Positions 42,817 to 51,748 of a stretch of DNA of 64,000 bases are shown here, in pieces. Under the pieces are notes generated by a model, which saw nothing but the letters and a program-made list of their open reading frames with translations, did not search any database and was not told the origin of the DNA. This DNA comes from an uncultured bacterium. GTDB lineage: Bacteria; Verrucomicrobiota; Kiritimatiellia; RFP12; UBA1067. How positions within the stretch are numbered: the stretch's first letter is position 1; the number at the start of each line of letters is the position of its first letter. The translations under genes and the position numbers were made by a program. The DNA is taken from NCBI GenBank assembly GCA_902776615.1, contig CACYQU010000002.1:5419-69418 (forward strand), in the 5' to 3' direction.

Positions 42817-44058
42817 ATGAGATGCCTTGACTACAAGTGGCGGCTTCTGGCGTTCCTGTTCGTGGCGTTCTTCATCGAACTCGGCTCGCGCCAGCTCTAC
42901 AGCGCTGCGTTGCCGCAGATCCGGCTTGAGTTCCTCAAATACGGCGTCACCGATGCGCAGCTTGGCGCGGTTGGCACTGTGTTCGGAGCGGTGTTCGGAC
43001 TCGCGCTTGTGGTATCCGGGCTTGCCGCCGACCTGCTTGGACGCAAGCGCGTGCTTGTCGCCGGTACGATTCTCTTCTCCGTCGGCATACTGGGCAGTGG
43101 CTTTGCGAAGGGCGTCGGCGGCATGATTCTTTTCTACGGCGTTCTGAACGCGCTTGGACAGTGCTGCATTGCGCCGGCGAGCTATGCTCTCATATCAAAG
43201 TACCACGTCGAGACGCGTTCGACGGCGATGGCGTTGTTTCAGGGCGCGGTGTATTCGGGCATCGTCCTCTCAAGCCTCTTCGGCGGCATCCTGGCCGAGC
43301 AGGGAGAAGGCGCGTGGCGCTGGGCGTTCTGGATCATGGGCGCAGGCGGCGTCGCATGGGCGGTTGCGATGCAGGCGGGGATGCGTCCCGAGCCAGTCGC
43401 GGAAGAGTCTGGAAGCGGTAAGGACGAAGCCTCGATAAAGGAAGCGTTCTTTGCGCTTCTCAAGAAGCCGACGGCCGTTCTTATTGCCGTCGCGTTCGGG
43501 TTCTTCATGTACGGCAATCTAGGTCTGCGGCTCTGGATGCCGATGTTCATGACGCGCAGTTTCGAAGGCGTTGGGACGGCGAAGGCCGCTCTGCACGGCG
43601 TTCTTTGGCTGAACGTGTTCGCGCTCGTAAGTTGCGTCCTGACGGCGAAGGCGATAGACAGGTTCGGCGCAAAGAGGCCGCAAATCAGGCTTGAGGTGTC
43701 CGCGCTGGGATTCCTTCTCTGCATCGCGCCAGTCGTATGGGTAGCAAAGGCGGGTGATTTCGGAACATGCTGCGCGGCGCTTTCCGTCCTCGGCTTCACC
43801 ATGGGCGTCTACGACGCAGCGCATTATCCTGCAATGTTCGATTGCATCGAGCCGCGCTACAGAAGCGCCGCCACAGGTATTACGGGATGCATGGCGTTCC
43901 TGATGGGCTCGCTCGCGCCCGCCGTTCTCGGCTGGATGAGCGACCGCTTGTCGATGCGGGCGGGCATCGCCTCTCTTGGCGCGTTTTACTTCTTTGGCGC
44001 CATTCTGCTGCTGCCCGCGATGATCTGGTTTTTCGGAAAGGATTATGTAGGCAAATGA
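42817..44058 (+). CDS. MFS transporter
   Basis: 413 aa with about 12 TM helices. GLAADLLGRKRVL is the MFS loop 2-3 motif. Confidence 0.8.
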   Translation: MRCLDYKWRLLAFLFVAFFIELGSRQLYSAALPQIRLEFLKYGVTDAQLGAVGTVFGAVFGLALVVSGLAADLLGRKRVLVAGTILFSVGILGSGFAKGVGGMILFYGVLNALGQCCIAPASYALISKYHVETRSTAMALFQGAVYSGIVLSSLFGGILAEQGEGAWRWAFWIMGAGGVAWAVAMQAGMRPEPVAEESGSGKDEASIKEAFFALLKKPTAVLIAVAFGFFMYGNLGLRLWMPMFMTRSFEGVGTAKAALHGVLWLNVFALVSCVLTAKAIDRFGAKRPQIRLEVSALGFLLCIAPVVWVAKAGDFGTCCAALSVLGFTMGVYDAAHYPAMFDCIEPRYRSAATGITGCMAFLMGSLAPAVLGWMSDRLSMRAGIASLGAFYFFGAILLLPAMIWFFGKDYVGK

Positions 44059-45074
44059 AACGACCTTTGCGCACATTGTTCTACGGTCTCAAGCATGAGC
44101 ATTCGGCAGGCAAGTTGCTGACGCTCTCCAAAATGAAGGACGACTTCGAGATCGTCGCTGTAGCGGATGACCGCGCGCGGACGACGCCGTCCTACCGCGC
44201 AGATCCCCTGCCGCTCGACGGACTGAAGATTGTCGGCGAGGCGGAGGCGCTGACCATAAGGGACATTGATGTCGTATTCATCGAAGTCGCCAACAACGAT
44301 CTTATGGACATCGCCCGTATCTACGCGAAGCGCGGCGTTCCGATGCACTGCGACAAGCCGTGCGGCGAGACGATGGGTCCGTACCGCGAAGTGGTGGAGA
44401 TGTGCCGCAGAAAGAACCTGCCGATGCAGATGGGCTACATGTTCCGGGCGAACCCTGGCGTGAGGTTCTGCCACAGGGCCGTGCGAGAAGGCTGGCTCGG
44501 CGACATAGTGCACATCGAGGCGGATATGAACCATGATTATGGCGACGACTCGTACCAGAAATACGTCGGTACGTTCAAGGGTGGAATCCTCTACAATCTC
44601 GGTTGCCACCTGATCGATATGATCCTGCCGATGATGGAAGGCGAGCTTGTGCGGGCGACGAACGTGACGGGAACGGCGAATGGCGACGGACCGGACTGCC
44701 TCAACCGTTGCGCCTCGCTTCTCGAATGGCCGGGAGCGACTGCGCTCATACGTTCCTGCAGCCGCGTGCCGGGCGGTCTGCCGCACCGGCGTCTCAGGAT
44801 CGACGGCACGAAGGGCACGATCGACCTCTGCCCGATCGAGCGCTTTGACGGCGAACATCTTGCGCTCGACCTTACGCTATCAGAGGCGGCGGGCGGATAT
44901 GCGGCAGGACGACAGACCGTCGACCTCGGCGTGCAGACCGACCGCTATATGGACCAGCTTCGCGAACTGGCAGAAACCGTGCGCGGCGAGAAGTCCAACC
45001 CCAATGACATGTACGACCACGATTTGAGAGTTCATGAAATCACACTGGAGGCATGCGGTTATGACAAGCGTTAA
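44055..45074 (+). CDS. Gfo/Idh/MocA-family oxidoreductase
   Basis: N-terminal Rossmann (LFYGLKHEHS...IVAVAD) and the HCDKP (EKP-type) motif. ATGA overlap with the MFS gene. Confidence 0.75.
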   Translation: MKRPLRTLFYGLKHEHSAGKLLTLSKMKDDFEIVAVADDRARTTPSYRADPLPLDGLKIVGEAEALTIRDIDVVFIEVANNDLMDIARIYAKRGVPMHCDKPCGETMGPYREVVEMCRRKNLPMQMGYMFRANPGVRFCHRAVREGWLGDIVHIEADMNHDYGDDSYQKYVGTFKGGILYNLGCHLIDMILPMMEGELVRATNVTGTANGDGPDCLNRCASLLEWPGATALIRSCSRVPGGLPHRRLRIDGTKGTIDLCPIERFDGEHLALDLTLSEAAGGYAAGRQTVDLGVQTDRYMDQLRELAETVRGEKSNPNDMYDHDLRVHEITLEACGYDKR

Positions 45075-46101
45075 CATCATCATTCCCGAAGCGCGCAAAG
45101 TAGAGCTGGTGGAGCGGGCTGTTCCGGAGCCGAAGGCAGGCGAGGTTCTTGTAAGACTCGTGCGCTCGACGGTTTCGAGCGGAACGGAAAGGGCGAACTA
45201 CATTGGCGAAGTAAACGTAAACATCCTTACGAACGACGGTGTGGCGCGCTGGCCGCGTCAGGGCGGGTACAGTTCGTCGGGTGTGGTGGAGACCGTAGGC
45301 GAAGGCGTCAAGTCGCTCAGGCCAGGCGACCGCGTCGCGATGAGCTGGACCGTCCACTCGCAGTATGTCGTCGTGCCGGAGGAGAACGCCTATCTTCTGC
45401 CTGAGGGCGTCTCGTTCGAGGCGGCGGCGCTTGCGCACATCGCGACATTTCCGATGGCGGCAATCCGCAAGTGCGGCGTCGAAATGGGCGAGAGTGCGAT
45501 TGTGATGGGGCAGGGTGTTCTGGGACAGCTCGCCGTGATGCTTCTGAGGTGCGCAGGCGCCGCGCCCGTGTTCGCGGCGGATCCGGTCGCCGAAAAGCGC
45601 GAGCGGGCTTTGAAACTTGGCGCGGACTTTGCGCTTGATCCAACGGCGGAGGATTTCAGCGAGACCTTGAAGTCGATGACGCCGAACCCCGAAAGCGCAA
45701 TATTCAAGGGGGAACAGGCGAGAGGTGTTAAGGTTGCGATAGAGGTCACTGGAAGGGGCGAAGCACTTGACTCGGTGTTGAACGCGATGGCGTTTATGGG
45801 GCGTGTCGCTCTTCTCGGTTGCACGCGCAGTTCGAACTTCACGATCGACTACTACCACAAGGTGCATGGACGCGGCGTGACGCTCATCGGCGCGCACACG
45901 TGGGCAAGGCCGGGGCACGAGTCGTATCCAGGGCATTTCACGCACCGTGACGATGCGATGGCGTTTCTGAGGCTTCTGGAGCTTGGAAGGCTGTCGCTCG
46001 ACGGGTTTGTGGACGAGGTGCATCCGATAGCCGACGCGCCTGAGGTCTACGCACGCCTTGGAGCAGGCGGTGCGTTCCCGGTCGTGCAGTTCGCCTGGTG
46101 A
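45061..46101 (+). CDS. Zinc-type alcohol/polyol dehydrogenase (MDR family)
   Basis: GEVLVRLVRSTVSSGTE, GYSSSGVV and VMGQGVLGQLAVMLLR (the GxGxxG region). Overlaps the upstream gene by 14 nt. Confidence 0.75.
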   Translation: MTSVNIIIPEARKVELVERAVPEPKAGEVLVRLVRSTVSSGTERANYIGEVNVNILTNDGVARWPRQGGYSSSGVVETVGEGVKSLRPGDRVAMSWTVHSQYVVVPEENAYLLPEGVSFEAAALAHIATFPMAAIRKCGVEMGESAIVMGQGVLGQLAVMLLRCAGAAPVFAADPVAEKRERALKLGADFALDPTAEDFSETLKSMTPNPESAIFKGEQARGVKVAIEVTGRGEALDSVLNAMAFMGRVALLGCTRSSNFTIDYYHKVHGRGVTLIGAHTWARPGHESYPGHFTHRDDAMAFLRLLELGRLSLDGFVDEVHPIADAPEVYARLGAGGAFPVVQFAW

Positions 46102-46128
46102 CAGCCGGGGCGTGCGGTGTCGAACTGG

Positions 46129-46158
46129 TTGACGCATTAACGGTCAATATGATATAAT
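46129..46158 (+). promoter_or_regulatory. Sigma-70-type promoter: -35 TTGACG, 18-nt spacer, extended -10 TGATATAAT
   Basis: Read directly, at the left edge of the lower-GC island and about 84 nt before ATG 46242. Confidence 0.55.
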
Positions 46159-46241
46159 TGCTCAAATTTGTTGATTATGAGCGAGCGGTTCAACGTCTGC
46201 CGACAAGAATCCAGCAGGCATGTTTAAAAAGGTAACTACAT

Positions 46242-47189
46242 ATGGCGAACGAAAAACCAATCGGAGGCAAGAACCCGGCCACAACGGTCGTGACGGCAGG
46301 CGACGGGGCGTTCGCCTGGGGCGCTCTCATCCTTGTCGCCAGCATGCGGCGCAACGGCATGAATCATCCTGTCATCGTTGGAATGACGGGCTGGACTGAC
46401 GAGCAAAAGAAAAGGGTGCTTGCGCTTGGCAATGTTGTTCTCAAGGAGTTGCCTCCGTCACGCCAGTGCGTAACATGTCAGAAGCCGATGCTTATGAATC
46501 TTGACGAGATTGAAACTGAATGGGTGTGCTGGGCGGATTCTGATGGTGCATTCGTCGGCGACTGCTCGGAATGGCTGGAGGGCGACATTCCGGACGAAAT
46601 CGTGATCCGCAAATACAATCCTCCGCCGGACGATTTTACTCCCGCGAACTTGGAGATTTGGCGTCGCGACGTTGAAAAATTCTGTGGAAAGTCACTCGCT
46701 GAGAGTCGTTACCAGACACGAATGAACGCCCCGTTTATCGTCATACACCGCAAGTGGCGTCCGTTCCTCGAACGCTGGCAGAGCCAGATCGGCAATGTCC
46801 TTCCCGCGGACGTGGCGATCATCATGAAGCACGGCTCGCCGTATTTCCAGACGGACGAGAGCGTGCTGGGCAGTCTTCTCTGCTTTGACCCGGACGCGCC
46901 CAAGGTCGTGGAGAACTACAAAGCAAACGGAAGCGTCGACAAGAGCCGCTACTTCGCGCACTTCGCATACAACCCGAAGCCGTGGCAGATGTGGAATTCG
47001 TATTCTCTCAAATGGTACGACATCGTCATACCCGTCGCGGACTGGCTGGTTGAGAAGGGAATAGTGAAGCCTGGCGAACTGCCGATACCGCTCCGCAGGT
47101 CAATGCGTCCGCTCTGCCGTGCCGCCGCGCCGCTCGCGCCGTGGGTCTGGCGCGGAATCAAGCTGAAGCGCAAGTTGTTCAAGAAATGA
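46242..47189 (+). CDS. Putative GT-A-fold (GT8-like) glycosyltransferase
   Basis: VVTAGDGAFAWGALILVASMRRNG N-terminus and WADSDGAFVGD (a DxD-like motif). Weak assignment. Confidence 0.4.
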   Translation: MANEKPIGGKNPATTVVTAGDGAFAWGALILVASMRRNGMNHPVIVGMTGWTDEQKKRVLALGNVVLKELPPSRQCVTCQKPMLMNLDEIETEWVCWADSDGAFVGDCSEWLEGDIPDEIVIRKYNPPPDDFTPANLEIWRRDVEKFCGKSLAESRYQTRMNAPFIVIHRKWRPFLERWQSQIGNVLPADVAIIMKHGSPYFQTDESVLGSLLCFDPDAPKVVENYKANGSVDKSRYFAHFAYNPKPWQMWNSYSLKWYDIVIPVADWLVEKGIVKPGELPIPLRRSMRPLCRAAAPLAPWVWRGIKLKRKLFKK

Positions 47190-47190
47190 C

Positions 47191-48612
47191 ATGAAACTCG
47201 ACTTCAAGAAGAACGTAAAGCGCAACATGGTCGCGAATGCCGTTTCGAGCGGGATTCGCCTGTTGTTCCCGTTCCTTAATCGCACGCTGTTTCTCTGGCT
47301 TCTCGGGCCGGCGTATCTTGGCCTCAACGGTCTGTTCAGCTCGATACTCGGTGTGCTAATATTAGCGGAACTTGGCTTTGGCACGGCTGTAGTCTGTTCT
47401 ATGTACAAGCCGGTTGCGGATGACGACAGGGAGCTCCTTTGCGCGTATCTCAAGTTCTACCGCACAGTCTACCGGTGCGTAGGTGCGGCGATTTTCGCGA
47501 TCGGGCTTGCTCTGCTTCCATTCCTCGACAGTCTCGTCCACGGCACGGTGCCGCCAGATATCGACCTGCACGTCCTGTATATGATTCACCTCGTGAACAC
47601 GGCGGCGAGCTACTTCCTTTTTGCCTACAGAGGGGTTGTGCTTGGCGCACACCACCGCAACGATGTCATCACCAACATAAGGACGGCCGTTTCAGTTGCA
47701 CAGTACGTGGCTGTTTTCCTGATACTTCTCATCACGCGCAACTACTACCACTACATAATTGCAACTGTTTTCTTCACAGTGCTTCAGAATGTCCTGCTTG
47801 TTAAGGCGTCGCGCAAGTATTTCCCGGATATTGAGCCGCGCGGCGAGCTTCCGCCGGAACTTCGCCGTCACGTCGTCTCTGATGTAAAGTCCATCTTCAT
47901 GCATAAGGTCGGAGGAATGATTACCCATTCATCGGACAACCTTGTCATATCGGCTTTTCTCGGCCTTGTTGCAGTCGCTGCATATGGCAACTACTATTAT
48001 GTGGTCACTACAGTCGCCGGGCTTGTGGCCATCGTCTATTCTTCGATGACCGGTGGCTTTGGCAACAAGATATACACCGAGTCGAAGGCCGACAACTTCC
48101 GCCTGCTCATGAAGATGAACCGGCTGTCGATGGCTGTGGTACTTGTCTGCGCGACGCTTATGATTGCGCTGTACCAGCCGTTTATCCGCATCTGGACCAA
48201 AAACGATCCCGCACTTGTGCGCCATTCCCTCACACCTGTCCTAATGGTCCTGTACTTCTACGTCATGCAGTCGCGCCAGGTGCTCATAACCTTTAAGTCT
48301 GCTGCCGCCATATGGAGCCAGGATCGGTGGAAGCCCATCGTGGCAGGGGCGGTGAACCTGACGACAAACATCCTCTTCGTCGCCTTCTTGCCGGATGCCT
48401 ACAAGCTCGACGGCGTAGTGCTGTCGACAATTATAGCGTTTATGTTCATCCAAATACCTTGGGAGTCGTATATCGTGTTCACCGTGTTCTTCGGCAGGGC
48501 GGAGGCGCTGCGCTACTGGCGCGACCAGGCGGCATTTGCAGCCGTCGCCGTTGTGCTCTGCACGGTCGCATGGTTCGCTTCTCAGTTCATTCAGTCGCTG
48601 ATTGTGGTATAA
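47191..48612 (+). CDS. wzx: Oligosaccharide/polysaccharide flippase (Wzx, MOP superfamily)
   Basis: 473 aa with about 12-14 TM helices and an N-terminus typical of polysaccharide biosynthesis proteins (NAVSSGIRLLFPFLNRTLFLWLLGPAYLGLNGLF). Confidence 0.75.
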   Translation: MKLDFKKNVKRNMVANAVSSGIRLLFPFLNRTLFLWLLGPAYLGLNGLFSSILGVLILAELGFGTAVVCSMYKPVADDDRELLCAYLKFYRTVYRCVGAAIFAIGLALLPFLDSLVHGTVPPDIDLHVLYMIHLVNTAASYFLFAYRGVVLGAHHRNDVITNIRTAVSVAQYVAVFLILLITRNYYHYIIATVFFTVLQNVLLVKASRKYFPDIEPRGELPPELRRHVVSDVKSIFMHKVGGMITHSSDNLVISAFLGLVAVAAYGNYYYVVTTVAGLVAIVYSSMTGGFGNKIYTESKADNFRLLMKMNRLSMAVVLVCATLMIALYQPFIRIWTKNDPALVRHSLTPVLMVLYFYVMQSRQVLITFKSAAAIWSQDRWKPIVAGAVNLTTNILFVAFLPDAYKLDGVVLSTIIAFMFIQIPWESYIVFTVFFGRAEALRYWRDQAAFAAVAVVLCTVAWFASQFIQSLIVV

Positions 48613-48613
48613 T
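48605..48613 (+). promoter_or_regulatory. Extended -10 box TGGTATAAT overlapping the wzx stop, 8 nt upstream of the Stealth ATG
   Basis: gTGGTATAATaataggcaATG read directly. Confidence 0.4.
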
Positions 48614-48621
48614 AATAGGCA

Positions 48622-49656
48622 ATGGGAGAATCTGGGAAAATAGATTTCGTGCTTACGTGGGTTGACGGATCTGATCCGGCTTGGCTTGCGGAGAAGCACA
48701 AGTACGATAGCGGCGGCTCCGTCGAGCCGCGCGCGGGCGGGGAGGCGAACGCAGACTGCCGCTACAGGGACTGCGGGCTGCTCCGCTACTGGTTCCGCGC
48801 CGTCGAGAAGTTCGCGCCGTGGGCGAACCGCGTTTTCTTCGTCACGTGCGGACAGAAGCCCGCCTGGCTCGACGAGTCGAACCCTAGGCTAAGGCTTGTG
48901 AACCACACCGAATACATACCGGCCGAACACCTGCCGACGTTCCACTCAGACACTATCGAGCTCAATCTCCACCGCATACCAGATCTCTCGGAGCAGTTTG
49001 TCCTTTTTAACGACGACATGTTTCTTCTGCTTCCGACGAAGCCCGAGGATTTTTTCAAAAGGGGGGTGCCTGTCCTGCCGTGTGATCTGGGGTTGCCGCG
49101 CTGGATAGGATGCTCGCCGGCGAGTCGTGTCGTCGTAAACAACGCCGGCGTGCTAAAGCTAGGACTGGACGTTGAGAAGCTTGTCTGGAAGAACCTGCGT
49201 AAGTTCGCCGACGTGCGTGCGCTTGGCCTCGGCCGGGCCGCCAAGAATGTTGTCTCCTTTGCGGTTAACAGAATGTGGATTCCGGGGACTTTTGGACATC
49301 TTCCGCTTTCGCACCTCAAGTCGACCTTTGACGAGATATGGCTGTCCCAGCCTAAGGTCATGGACAGAACATCACGGAGCAGATTCCGCATCGACGACGG
49401 GGTAAGTCACTGGCTTGCGTGTGCATGGAACATGGTGTCGGGCCGTTTCTGCCCGGCCAACGAGCAGCGCATCGGAGATACTTTCCTGCTTGAAGACCGC
49501 AACCTTGAGCAGGTGTGCGCTGCGGTAAGACACCAGACTTATCGCCAGATATGCATCAACGACTCGGAGCGCATCACAGACCCCCGCCGTGCCTTCGCCG
49601 AGCTTGCTGGCGCATTCGAGTCTGTTCTCCCCGACAGGTCGTCGTTCGAAAAGTGA
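48622..49656 (+). CDS. Stealth-family hexose-1-phosphate (capsular phosphoglycan) transferase
   Basis: All Stealth conserved regions are visible: IDFVLTWVDGSDPAW (CR1), LRYWFRAVEKFAPWANRVFFVTCGQKPAWL (CR2), LPTFHSDTIELNLHRIPDLSEQFVLFNDDMF (CR3). Confidence 0.8.
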   Translation: MGESGKIDFVLTWVDGSDPAWLAEKHKYDSGGSVEPRAGGEANADCRYRDCGLLRYWFRAVEKFAPWANRVFFVTCGQKPAWLDESNPRLRLVNHTEYIPAEHLPTFHSDTIELNLHRIPDLSEQFVLFNDDMFLLLPTKPEDFFKRGVPVLPCDLGLPRWIGCSPASRVVVNNAGVLKLGLDVEKLVWKNLRKFADVRALGLGRAAKNVVSFAVNRMWIPGTFGHLPLSHLKSTFDEIWLSQPKVMDRTSRSRFRIDDGVSHWLACAWNMVSGRFCPANEQRIGDTFLLEDRNLEQVCAAVRHQTYRQICINDSERITDPRRAFAELAGAFESVLPDRSSFEK

Positions 49657-49659
49657 CAA

Positions 49660-50721
49660 TCACGGTTTCCTAAGCCATGTGAGCGGGTTGTAGACGAAGC
49701 GAAAGAAAACGTCGGCGAGCCATGCGAGCGACGGATGACGCACGAACAGTTCCACAAAATATGCGGCAACGCGGCGTGGAAGGGTCGTCGCCTTGACCAA
49801 TGCGTCGAAGTCGGCAAAGCCCTTGGCGAAAGCCTGGCGAAGCATCTCTAACCTGTATTTGCGCGAGGTCCCGACCATGGCGCGCGTCGAAAACCAGCGG
49901 TAGAATATCCACATAAGCCAGTGACGTGCCCAATATGCGGATATGCGCTTGTCGAATCCAGGTTCGGTCGATATCTTGGCGTGGAACGCGAACAGCGACT
50001 TGAGGATAGCGGCATAGTCCTTCAGGAAGAAGTCTGTCTTCTTCGCTGACATCGATATCGAACCGGAGCGTAGCCGATAGCGGTAGAATGGCTCGTGAAT
50101 CGGGATGACACGCTTCGCGAGATAAAGCGCGCGAGGTGCGAACTCGCTGTCCTGTCGTTTCATGCCATGAAGGCACTTGAGGTCGTTTTCGACAAGATGC
50201 CTGCGCCGGAAGACAGACAGTTGGAGCATCGGACACGGGTCGCGGCGGAGAGAGTAGATCATAAGCGTTGCCTTAGGGCCAGTCAGCTCGTCCGAGAATC
50301 CGGCTGGATAGTTGTCCCTCAGCGGGTGGCTTCTGTTGTGGACTTCGTCTATGACCTGCATGGCGCATGGATAGAGATCTGCGCCAGGATGCGCGGCGAT
50401 TTTGTCATGCAGGCGCTGGAGGGAGCCTTCGACGATCGTATCGTCGCCGTCGAGGAAGATTATATACTCGCCTGTGGCCATATCGATGCCTGTGTTGCGC
50501 GATGCCGAGCACGATCCCGAACGAGGCCCCGTGAAGACCTTGAAGCGCGGATCCTTCGTCTCGTATTCGCGCGCGATTTCAAGCGTCTTGTCCTTGGACT
50601 CTTCCACGCCCAAAAGACACTCCCAGTCTTTGAACGGCTGGTTCGCGACCGAGTCGAGACATTCGCGCAGATAAGGCTCTACGTCGCAACAGGGAACGAT
50701 TATGGAAAAGAATGGTTTCAT
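49660..50721 (-). CDS. Family 2 glycosyltransferase
   Basis: FSIIVPCCDVEPYLRECLDSVANQ and IIFLDGDD (DxD) motifs. Confidence 0.8.
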   Translation of the reverse strand: MKPFFSIIVPCCDVEPYLRECLDSVANQPFKDWECLLGVEESKDKTLEIAREYETKDPRFKVFTGPRSGSCSASRNTGIDMATGEYIIFLDGDDTIVEGSLQRLHDKIAAHPGADLYPCAMQVIDEVHNRSHPLRDNYPAGFSDELTGPKATLMIYSLRRDPCPMLQLSVFRRRHLVENDLKCLHGMKRQDSEFAPRALYLAKRVIPIHEPFYRYRLRSGSISMSAKKTDFFLKDYAAILKSLFAFHAKISTEPGFDKRISAYWARHWLMWIFYRWFSTRAMVGTSRKYRLEMLRQAFAKGFADFDALVKATTLPRRVAAYFVELFVRHPSLAWLADVFFRFVYNPLTWLRKP

Positions 50722-50753
50722 GTGTCGGGGTGTCTCTCTTTCAAAATGCTTTT

Positions 50754-51596
50754 TCAGACGCGAAGTCGACCAGACGACGCGTCTTGGAGTCGAACGAGAG
50801 ACTTATGAGCGACAGCGCCTGTCATGAGCGTGCAGAGATCTCGACGGATCTCTTCGTCGGGAACGCCGAGCGTGTACGCTTCGGCAAGCGGATCGTAGTC
50901 TTTGATCGTCAGATATCCAGACTGGAACAACATCGCTACAGGCCGCAGGCGGCGAAGCTCCGCGACATCGAACTCCGATGCAGGTATGCCCGTCATGCGC
51001 TCCGGATCGACCCTAAGCACGTCCTCTCGCTTTAGATAGTTCATCAGCATCGACGGACGCCCCGTCGTCGCCCATGTCGCCTTGAAAGACTTGTCCTTTG
51101 CCGAAAGCGTGTATGCGACGGATATCGGGTTGTAGACCGTAGTCTCCACCTCGGGCGCGACACCTTTGCCGCCGTTCGCTGCCGAAAGGCTTTCAATGGC
51201 CTTGGCGAAGTTTTCATGGGCCGAGCGAGATGTGTCGTACCGGTAGCCCGCGTCGCCGAGGCGGTCTTCGACATGGTGCGCCAAATCGGAGACGAACTCT
51301 GCCTCGCTGGTCGTCGTCAGGTCATTGAACTCGAAGTGTATTACCGGATACTTCTCCCACGTCCAGTCCGTCTTGTCGATCGCGAGCCCCTCGAACAGTT
51401 CTCGCCTGCCTTGGAAGATCGCCTTGAGGGCCGATATCGTAAGCGACTTCCCGAAGCGGCGCGGACGTGAGATGAAAAACAGCTTCGTGCCGACGGTCGT
51501 GATAAGGCGATGTATAAACATCGTCTTGTCCACATATATGCAGCCGTCCCTTCTCAAGGAAGGGAAGTCGTGCGTGTCTGTCGCCAAAGGTCTCAT
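50754..51596 (-). pseudogene. Truncated / internally deleted AAA-ATPase-like (PF09820-type) gene lacking the Walker B region and the C-terminal PD-(D/E)XK domain
   Basis: The N-terminus FPSLRRDGCIYVDKTMFIHRL...FFISRPRRFGKSLTISAL is the family hallmark. After ANGGKGV the sequence jumps to the YNPISV...TTGRPSMLMNYL segment. It is 280 aa, versus about 500+ aa as I recall for intact members. Confidence 0.5.
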
Positions 51597-51604
51597 CGGC
51601 GGAT

Positions 51605-51613
51605 ATTATATCA
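51605..51613 (-). promoter_or_regulatory. Extended -10 box TGATATAAT (minus strand), 8 nt upstream of the AAA-ATPase-like ATG
   Basis: The reverse complement of ATTATATCA. The spacer is atccgccg. Confidence 0.4.
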
Positions 51614-51716
51614 TTTTTATCCGGCGGAGGACGAGGATTGCCGCCGCGAATGTGATGGGTGAGAAGACAGAGCGAGCCGCTGTTGTGGTGCCGTTGCGCA
51701 CAAAAGCGGCAGAATG

Positions 51717-51725
51717 TGGTATAAT
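51717..51725 (+). promoter_or_regulatory. Extended -10 box TGGTATAAT upstream of glgB
   Basis: Followed by SD AAGGAGG (51740-51746) and ATG 51749. Confidence 0.5.
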
Positions 51726-51748
51726 ATGAGCGTACTGTCAAGGAGGCT

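Noticed and set aside
40707-42818. 703-aa ORF antisense to the GH78-like gene
   Set aside because: Shadow ORF for the same reasons.
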